A stretch of 51,076 bases of DNA, from the IMG/VR virus record IMGVR_UViG_3300045988_037980; one strand, 5' to 3'. Source of the DNA: a virus. The translations under genes and the position numbers were made by a program. Positions 1 to 6,170 of this stretch are shown here, piece by piece. Within the stretch, counting starts at the first letter, position 1. Each line of letters opens with the position of its first letter. The notes under the pieces were generated by a model. The model saw only the letters and a program-made list of their open reading frames with translations, searched no databases and was not told where the DNA came from.

Positions 1-99
1 CATCTTGGGCTATGTCCTGCAACCCGTTGAAAGTGTAATGGTTTTGGTATTGTATGGTATTCTATGATATTAGGATTATTAGTGCCTGTCTCTCCGCAA
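1..99. repeat. 99-bp direct terminal repeat, copy A
   Basis: 1..99 is base-for-base identical to 50978..51076 (catcttgggctatgtcctgcaacccg...tctccgcaa). Confidence 0.97.
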
Positions 100-131
100 T
101 ACACATTGAGTGTCAAAGGCTTACGGAAAGC

Positions 132-226
132 GTACACGAAAATGTACACGAAACGCCCTGAATTTTCACAATTCGGGGCGTTTTTGTGTCTAAAATGCCG
201 TGTACATTCGTGTACACCCGTGTACA
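132..226 (+). promoter_or_regulatory. Cluster of GTACA(C/T) repeats, candidate integrase arm-type binding sites (attP arm)
   Basis: GTACACGAA at 132..140 and 144..152. CGTGTACA occurs three times at 10-nt phasing (199, 209, 219). Confidence 0.55.
154..185 (+). terminator. Intrinsic terminator-like hairpin plus T-tract
   Basis: CGCCCTGAATT (154..164) pairs with AATTCGGGGCG (170..180) with one G-U pair, followed by TTTTT (181..185). Confidence 0.6.
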
Positions 227-227
227 T

Positions 228-254
228 GAAAAAGCCCCGACACAAAGCCGGGGC
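228..254 (-). terminator. Intrinsic terminator downstream of the lysis operon
   Basis: The minus strand reads GCCCCG-9 nt loop-CGGGGC followed by TTTTTC. It lies about 60 nt after the stop of 317..928. Confidence 0.6.
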
Positions 255-316
255 GCATTGTTCCCCAATGCAACTTTGGGGCTTCGCAACAATGTGGTGC
301 AAAGGTAGTGAAGATT

Positions 317-928
317 TCACAGAATCTTTCTTATCCCTGCAAGAATCTTCTTTATCCAATTTATTATTGGCGTTCTTTTCAAGTAAAGCAAGACCGCAAC
401 GGCAATCAACGATATATAAAAGATGTATCGCCATCGGTACGGGTCGGGGGTTGGTTCTTGGCTTTGCTGAACATTCGTTTCGTTTCTTCCTACATTGGCG
501 GCACTTTCGGTTTCCTTGCTTTCGCTCGATTCCTTGCTTTTGCCTTTTTCTTCAACATTGGATTCAATGACCGTTTGTTTGATGGACTTAACCGCACCTT
601 TGATGCTCCCGACATTATGCAAATCCGCATTTGCCGGATATGATTGCGGTGTCGCCCTTGAAGATGTATCATCACGCTTGCCACTATCAACCGACACGAC
701 ATCATTTATATTGTCGGGCATGGGCGGATAAAAATCTATCTCCGTAATGGTTATTTTTCCTTGTTGGGTTCGGGTCGTATCAACGAACTTGTCCGTTTTG
801 GCATTCGCTTCTTTCGCTATTGCCGTGCTATCAATTCGGACTTCCTGTTTGGTCTGCTGTACTTTCCTTGCAGTACCACAAGATGCAAGCAATACAAGCC
901 CCAAGACCGGGGCAACAATCTTTTTCAT
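317..928 (-). CDS. Lysis-cassette lipoprotein with C-terminal TM helix (unimolecular-spanin-like architecture)
   Basis: Start taken at MKKIVAPVLGLVLLASC (lipobox LLASC). C-terminal hydrophobic helix YIFYISLIAVAVLLYL. Lies immediately downstream of the endolysin. Confidence 0.5.
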   Translation of the reverse strand: MKKIVAPVLGLVLLASCGTARKVQQTKQEVRIDSTAIAKEANAKTDKFVDTTRTQQGKITITEIDFYPPMPDNINDVVSVDSGKRDDTSSRATPQSYPANADLHNVGSIKGAVKSIKQTVIESNVEEKGKSKESSESKETESAANVGRNETNVQQSQEPTPDPYRWRYIFYISLIAVAVLLYLKRTPIINWIKKILAGIRKIL

Positions 929-929
929 G

Positions 930-1508
930 TCATATCGTTTTAATGTCATTTAATCGGTTAAGCCATCCTTTCAAAAACCTTTTGTTGGTGTGCTTCATCA
1001 ATTCGGATTCCGTTGCCTTTCGACCAATCTTCTTTTCATACTTCTTAATGCTCGATTCTGTTATGTCGTTGAGAAACTTAACACGGGCTTTGAAGATTGC
1101 ATCAAAGAGTTGGTCAGGGTCGGCAAAGTTCACCGCCGATAAAGTCTTGTCGCCGACAATGCCATCATCAACGACCCCAAGTAATCTTTGAGGAATGACA
1201 ATGCCGTGCTTTCCCGACCCCCATACCCAATCAACAAGGATGTTGGCGACCTTTTGCGATTGGATTTGGTCGGCTTTCCATCTATCCCAAAAATGGGGCT
1301 TCAACACCCGGTCACGGACATCATCAACCGAAAGCAATTTCAGGTCTTTAACGTCAATATCCCCGTCACCGTCCTTGTCATAACCCACATTGCGCCATGT
1401 GGCGATTGTCACACCCTTGTTTGTTGCGCCCCCGGCATCTGCCGGGTCATTTGCAAATCCGCCCTCCCATTTAAGGATAAAGGGCAATAAAACATCAATC
1501 TTTGCCAT
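930..1508 (-). CDS. Endolysin, glycoside hydrolase family 108-like N-terminus with PG_binding_3-like C-terminus
   Basis: N-terminal [21 protein letters not shown] matches the GH108 signature (EGG..NDP.D.GG.T..GI). Confidence 0.8.
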   Translation of the reverse strand: MAKIDVLLPFILKWEGGFANDPADAGGATNKGVTIATWRNVGYDKDGDGDIDVKDLKLLSVDDVRDRVLKPHFWDRWKADQIQSQKVANILVDWVWGSGKHGIVIPQRLLGVVDDGIVGDKTLSAVNFADPDQLFDAIFKARVKFLNDITESSIKKYEKKIGRKATESELMKHTNKRFLKGWLNRLNDIKTI

Positions 1509-2187
1509 CTTTTACCGATAATTGAGTTGCTATTTGTAAGCCGCCCTTGCGTATTTCCTTGCCCACCAATTGCCGTTGCATCAATTTGCCGTTGCAATAG
1601 GACAAGCCCAATAACCCAATGGGCGTTTCTTTGCAGTCATAAAGGACAATCAATGCTATTTCATTGACATTGTTTGCCTTAAACTTGTAGTAAAGCCGTT
1701 CATCAACAAGCCGCACATCTTCAAGATTGCCATAAAAGAATCCGTCACGCAATGTCTTGACAATAAGTTTGTACTTCGACAAATTGAAATCCGAATACTC
1801 CTCATCTACATGAAAGATGCTGTCGCGCACTTCTTCCATCCGCATTGAACCATACAAGAAAGGCAAGCCCGTTCCAAGATTCTTGCTTCCGTTGTGCAAT
1901 TCGATAAGCCATGCGCGGTCGGCATCCGCTGTTGAACGCAATTTTGACAAGATGTTGTTGATTTCCGTGTCAGACTTCAAACGGGTTTCAATCAGATTGT
2001 TGTGTTCCTCTGTCTGTATCTTCGTAATGCGTTCAAGCAAATACTTTGGATTGAGTGCAAAGAAAACGACATATCCGCCCAATAGCACAAGGAATAACCC
2101 CTTGACTATCGAAAAGAACCCGTACTTTTTTTGCAGATTGAGCAACTTTTGAAGCCACCCAATGCCTTTATCCATCTGCTGTTCCAT
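1495..2187 (-). CDS. Single-pass membrane protein with a sensor-like (possibly GAF-like) cytoplasmic domain, in the holin position
   Basis: Start taken at MEQQMDKG (2187), abutting the upstream stop at 2189. One TM helix ([22 protein letters not shown]) followed by an alpha/beta domain of about 170 aa. Directly upstream of the endolysin. Confidence 0.55.
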   Translation of the reverse strand: MEQQMDKGIGWLQKLLNLQKKYGFFSIVKGLFLVLLGGYVVFFALNPKYLLERITKIQTEEHNNLIETRLKSDTEINNILSKLRSTADADRAWLIELHNGSKNLGTGLPFLYGSMRMEEVRDSIFHVDEEYSDFNLSKYKLIVKTLRDGFFYGNLEDVRLVDERLYYKFKANNVNEIALIVLYDCKETPIGLLGLSYCNGKLMQRQLVGKEIRKGGLQIATQLSVKDGKD

Positions 2188-2188
2188 A

Positions 2189-2605
2189 TCAAGTGAATTG
2201 AAAGCATTTGCCGACTTTGACAATAGTTGTGTCAATTGGGTATAAACGAATGGGCGGCAATCCTTTTTCCGCACGGCTTGCGTTCATTAACGGCAAATTG
2301 GTTTCGGCTTTCTGAATAGCCCCAATAAGTATGTCCGACCCGGTAAAACAAGACCGTCTTTCCCCAACGGGCGTGCCGTCGGGATTCTTCGTATAAAAGT
2401 CACCGTCCTTGTCTGCTTCCTCATTGAATGTGGCAAGGACAACTTGCATTTGCATTCTCAACCCGGATGAATTTTTGCCCGGAAACTTCGTTGGTTGAAT
2501 AATGACCTTTTCAATCAGAATCCGGCGACCGAACAAATCTTCAATGTCGATACCCTTACCAATAACAACATCCGATTCAACACCAAGTTCACAAAACTTT
2601 GCCAT
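2189..2605 (-). CDS. Hypothetical protein
   Basis: 138-aa ORF packed in the operon. No motif recognised. Confidence 0.55.
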   Translation of the reverse strand: MAKFCELGVESDVVIGKGIDIEDLFGRRILIEKVIIQPTKFPGKNSSGLRMQMQVVLATFNEEADKDGDFYTKNPDGTPVGERRSCFTGSDILIGAIQKAETNLPLMNASRAEKGLPPIRLYPIDTTIVKVGKCFQFT

Positions 2606-2618
2606 TGTCTGTAAGTGT

Positions 2619-3005
2619 TTAATTAGACAAATCTTCTATCAAGACCGCATCCAAATCTTCCGTAAACTGCAAATACTCCTTGTATTCATCAACTGCACTT
2701 TCGTTCACGGCAACGCCAAGAACGTGCTTGTTGTATGAATTAACAAGGTCAAATTCTGCCGTTTCGTCAATGACCGAACGGATAACGACCCGTTTAACAT
2801 TCTCTTTTGTGGCTTTATTGTAGCCACGCACTTCATAGCACTTCCACCCGATTTGGGTTTCTTCTTCTTGCCCCTCTGGTATGCCCATTTCGGGTTCTAT
2901 ATTCAAGCGGTAAAGCCAAGAACCGTCATTGTCATACTCCAAAACGGCGGGTTTCCCGTGCGCCATATCATAGTGCGCATTAGGTTCTATTAAATCTAAT
3001 TTCAT
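2619..3005 (-). CDS. Hypothetical acidic protein downstream of the DGR RT
   Basis: 128-aa ORF overlapping the RT 3' end by 26 nt. Acidic composition, so not Avd-like (Avd is basic and helical). Confidence 0.55.
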   Translation of the reverse strand: MKLDLIEPNAHYDMAHGKPAVLEYDNDGSWLYRLNIEPEMGIPEGQEEETQIGWKCYEVRGYNKATKENVKRVVIRSVIDETAEFDLVNSYNKHVLGVAVNESAVDEYKEYLQFTEDLDAVLIEDLSN

Positions 3006-4002
3006 ACGGAAATGTTTTTGAAAGTTTGTTCATTAAATTGAGTGAATCACAATACTTGCACCATCCCCACCAACTGCATATTTGCTGCTTGTAATCTTCT
3101 TTGCTTGGAACAATCTTGCGCTTGTTCAATTTTGCCACCCGGCGGCAAAGTTTCTGCTTGATAGACTTTCGCAACAATGTGTGCGTATGGTAAAAGACAT
3201 ATCCCAAAAAGTCAATTCCCCTTGAATCAACGGGAAAGACTTGGTAATTGCGTTTTACACGTAACTTTAACCCTTTCAGGTAAGCCCGGATTTCGTGTAA
3301 CAATTCATGCAATACTTCTTTGTTGGGTGCAAGAATGACTATATCATCGGCATATCGCCAATAATAATTCACACGTTTGGTTTCTTTCAACCAATGGTCG
3401 AAATAAGCCAAGACAAGGTTTGCAAAATACTGACTTAAATAATTGCCTATCGGCACGCCCTTTTCATCATCGACCGAATCAATGATTTCATCAAGCAATG
3501 CCAATAAGCGATTATCTTTTATTTTCCGCCTGACAATGCCTTTCAAGACATCATGGTGGATTGACGGATAAAACTTCTTTATGTCAATTTTCAGGCAATA
3601 GCGTGTTCCGTCCGGGTCTTGCTTCAATGCTTGTTTGACATCCTTTGCGCACTTGTGGATTCCACGATTCTTGATACAAGAATATGTGTTCTTGTTGAAG
3701 ATGGAAACCCATATCGGTTCAAGGACGTTCATAATGGCATGGTGCAAGATACGGTCGGGATAATACGGCAATCGGTAAATTAGCCTTTCTTTCGGTTCAT
3801 ATATGGTGAAAACATGATATTTGGATGTTTTGAATGTGCCGTTTTTCAAACTTTCGTGCAAGGCAATGATATTGGCATCCCGGTTCTTATCGTGTATCTG
3901 CACACCATAAGAACGCAACTTGCCTTTCCTTGCCTTTTCATCGGCAAGACGCAAGTTTTCAATGCTTATCACCCGGTCAAACAAATTGCCAATCCGTTTC
4001 AT
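2980..4002 (-). CDS. Diversity-generating retroelement reverse transcriptase
   Basis: RT motifs include IGNYLSQYFANL (DGR-type [ILV]GxxxSQ motif 4) and RYADDIVIL (YxDD). Size of 340 aa fits, and the adjacent TR/VR pair shows A-specific mismatches. Confidence 0.93.
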   Translation of the reverse strand: MKRIGNLFDRVISIENLRLADEKARKGKLRSYGVQIHDKNRDANIIALHESLKNGTFKTSKYHVFTIYEPKERLIYRLPYYPDRILHHAIMNVLEPIWVSIFNKNTYSCIKNRGIHKCAKDVKQALKQDPDGTRYCLKIDIKKFYPSIHHDVLKGIVRRKIKDNRLLALLDEIIDSVDDEKGVPIGNYLSQYFANLVLAYFDHWLKETKRVNYYWRYADDIVILAPNKEVLHELLHEIRAYLKGLKLRVKRNYQVFPVDSRGIDFLGYVFYHTHTLLRKSIKQKLCRRVAKLNKRKIVPSKEDYKQQICSWWGWCKYCDSLNLMNKLSKTFPYEIRFNRT

Positions 4003-4081
4003 TGTCCTTTAAGTTTGCTTGTATATTAGGATTCTTCGGGTTGCCCCTACCAAAACCGTTTTACCTAATTTGTTTTTTGCC

Positions 4082-4102
4082 GTTGGGGATTATTGCCCCA
4101 AC
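4082..4102 (-). other. Perfect 7-bp hairpin in the TR-to-RT spacer
   Basis: GTTGGGG (4082..4088) and CCCCAAC (4096..4102) with a 7-nt loop, between TR and the RT start. Confidence 0.5.
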
Positions 4103-4164
4103 TCATGCAACCCCGGTCGGGCTGCTTTTGTGGCAAGGTTTCCGATATGCAACTATATTTTTAC

Positions 4165-4280
4165 AAGCATAGCTGAGAACCGATATTCGCATTCGTATTC
4201 GTAGCCGTATTATTCGTATTCGCATACACGAACCCTGCATTCGCACCATTATTCGCATTACCGCTGAACAAAACGCCACG
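4165..4280 (-). repeat. DGR template repeat (TR)
   Basis: 116 nt aligned to VR1 at an offset of +210. The coding-strand frame reads RGVLFSGNANNGANAGFVYANTNNTATNTNANIGSQLCL*, rich in AAY Asn codons. All differences from the VRs lie at TR adenines on the coding strand. Confidence 0.92.
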
Positions 4281-4349
4281 ACATCGGACAACCTTTGTTT
4301 TATTTTTCATCCAAATTCCAAAATCATATTTGCCACTCGATTTGACGAT

Positions 4350-5816
4350 TTAAGCCGCTTCGATTTGCGGGTAAAAGCAAAGCCGAGAACCGAAATACGC
4401 ATACGTATGCGAAGCCGTATTACTCGAAAGCGCATACACGAACCCCGCATACGCACCATGATTCGCATTACCGCCGAACAAAACGCCACGTTCCGAAACT
4501 CCACTTGCCGGAATGTTGGTATAGAAGTAATCACAAAAATATGTGGTCGAACCCGCACCGACTTCAAGCGGCATGATTTCGCCATCCTCACCAAGAATCA
4601 TCTTCTTCACATACCCCTCTTTTCTTGGCAAGTTGCCACGCAATTCATAGTTGGTTGTGCCGGAACTTGTGAATGCCGCCGGGTCGTCACAAACGTAAAA
4701 TTCAGAAAGTCCGCCATCGGCTTCACTCTGAATAAGACATTTGCAACCATCCGTCCACTTCCATATATGCCCAAACGGGTTTTCTACACCACGGTAAGAC
4801 GGTACTTGCACAACCGTGCGTGTCACGGGCGTGAAATAGGTTGTGTTTGTCAATGCCGTTCCTGCCGCTGCGTTTGCTTTGCAAGTGTATAGCAAATCAC
4901 CTTGCGAAACATATTGCCCGGTGCTGTATGCGGTTGCTGCACTATATTCACCCATGTAATTGGCTTCACCGCTTGCGTCATATTCAAATGGCATGGTAAA
5001 TTCAACATACCCGGTCTTGTTGCCAAGGCTGTTTGTTGTGCCGCAAGGAACAAACGGATAATAGCCGTTGAAGTTTGACCACTTTGTGCCGTTAAGGGTT
5101 GTAACGCCTGACCCCAAGCCGCCTTGGTGATAGCCATCTTCCGTCAATTCGGCATTGAACGCTTCTTGCGAATTGAATGTGCAATACTCAACGGCAAAAA
5201 GCCACCACAATTTTTTGTGTGTTTGGTACAAGTTGCAATTCCATTCGGTCGTTCCACGCTTCCTTGCGTATGTGCGGAAATTGGTCAAAGATATAACCGT
5301 TGCGGGCATTCCAAGCTGTGAACGATATGTGCCGTCACGTTCTGCATCATTGTTGCCACCCCTGTAATCCGCATCTTTGTTCACAACCGCACACAATGTT
5401 TGTGTTGAACGCTGAACGGTCGCTTCCACCGCCGAAACATAGTCTTTGCGCCAAAGTTTGAAGCCCGGCAAAGGTTCGGTGGACTGCAAATGTCGGCTTT
5501 TGTCGCCGTCCGTTTCAAAGCGGACATACATATCGGGCAATTCATCCATGTATTGCCCATCCGCCCCGGTAAGGTTTGCCGCCGCCCCGGTGTCACGTTT
5601 CGTTGAATCATTGGCGTGAAGATAATAATTCACTTCGCCGTTGTCTTTCAAGATACAACGCCGGATAAGACTTTGCAACGGCAAGGATTGGTGAAGTTCC
5701 ATCTTGCCAATTCTTGTCGGGTGCGGATTTGACACCGTGGCATCCCATTCAATGCCGTAATAATAATCATAAGCGAATGTCGGCTTTGTGCTGCCGACCC
5801 CAATAATCAATCCCAT
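4350..5816 (-). CDS. DGR target protein 1: tail fibre / receptor-binding protein with a C-terminal C-type-lectin-fold-like variable region
   Basis: 488-aa ORF downstream of the Tal gene. The C-terminus ...GVLFGGNANHGAYAGFVYALSSNTASHTYAYFGSRLCFYPQIEAA is encoded by VR1. Confidence 0.88.
   Translation of the reverse strand: MGLIIGVGSTKPTFAYDYYYGIEWDATVSNPHPTRIGKMELHQSLPLQSLIRRCILKDNGEVNYYLHANDSTKRDTGAAANLTGADGQYMDELPDMYVRFETDGDKSRHLQSTEPLPGFKLWRKDYVSAVEATVQRSTQTLCAVVNKDADYRGGNNDAERDGTYRSQLGMPATVISLTNFRTYARKRGTTEWNCNLYQTHKKLWWLFAVEYCTFNSQEAFNAELTEDGYHQGGLGSGVTTLNGTKWSNFNGYYPFVPCGTTNSLGNKTGYVEFTMPFEYDASGEANYMGEYSAATAYSTGQYVSQGDLLYTCKANAAAGTALTNTTYFTPVTRTVVQVPSYRGVENPFGHIWKWTDGCKCLIQSEADGGLSEFYVCDDPAAFTSSGTTNYELRGNLPRKEGYVKKMILGEDGEIMPLEVGAGSTTYFCDYFYTNIPASGVSERGVLFGGNANHGAYAGFVYALSSNTASHTYAYFGSRLCFYPQIEAA
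4375..4490 (-). repeat. DGR variable repeat 1 (VR1) at the 3' end of the tail-fibre gene
   Basis: 15 substitutions relative to TR, at TR positions 4170, 4174, 4184, 4187, 4193, 4199, 4202, 4213, 4217, 4219, 4220, 4236, 4241, 4250 and 4265. Every one is at a plus-strand T, i.e. a coding-strand A. Confidence 0.92.
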
Positions 5817-5817
5817 A

Positions 5818-6099
5818 TCAATAGCCCCATTTTAAGTTAGTACCTGACAATGAAGTTTGCTTCACCGTCTTTACGATTTCAGGATTCCAACCGCAATCAA
5901 ATTGCGTTTCGACAAATTCCCCGTCATTCATTCCGGCAAGCTGCACCGATAGTTTCACGGGTTGCGTGCCGTCATTCTTGACGTTGAAGCATTGACCGTC
6001 CGGCAAGCTGAAATCAGCATTAACCAAATTGTCAATCGCTCCCATCTTTCCGATTTGTGCGGACACCGTTTCGCCGCTCCTTGTTTCACTCATAATCAA
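5818..6099 (-). CDS. Small hypothetical tail-associated protein
   Basis: 93-aa ORF between the Tal and DGR target genes, packed 1 nt from the next start. Confidence 0.55.
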   Translation of the reverse strand: MIMSETRSGETVSAQIGKMGAIDNLVNADFSLPDGQCFNVKNDGTQPVKLSVQLAGMNDGEFVETQFDCGWNPEIVKTVKQTSLSGTNLKWGY

Positions 6100-6129
6100 A
6101 AAGTTTTGTTTGCAAATTTAACTTGTTAT

Positions 6130-6146
6130 TGTTTTACTATAAAACA
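6130..6146. repeat. 17-nt palindromic element, copy 1
   Basis: TGTTTTACTATAAAACA, intergenic, 30 nt upstream of the start at 6099. Confidence 0.7.
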
Positions 6147-6170
6147 TTGTGGATAACACAAGTACAACTT

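Noticed and set aside
64-643. Plus-strand ORFs 64..570 (168 aa) and 308..643 (111 aa) at the window start
   Set aside because: They run through the attP repeat/terminator region and lie antisense to the well-supported lysis lipoprotein gene. Their composition (Cys/Phe/Leu-rich) looks like shadow-frame translation.
4103-4594. Minus-strand ORFs 4103..4291 (62 aa) and 4307..4594 (95 aa), both with an odd MRIR/RLRIRM repeat composition
   Set aside because: They are alternative-frame readings of the DGR TR and VR1. The repetitive peptide simply reflects the AAT/ACG-rich TR sequence, and the true VR1 frame belongs to 4350..5816.
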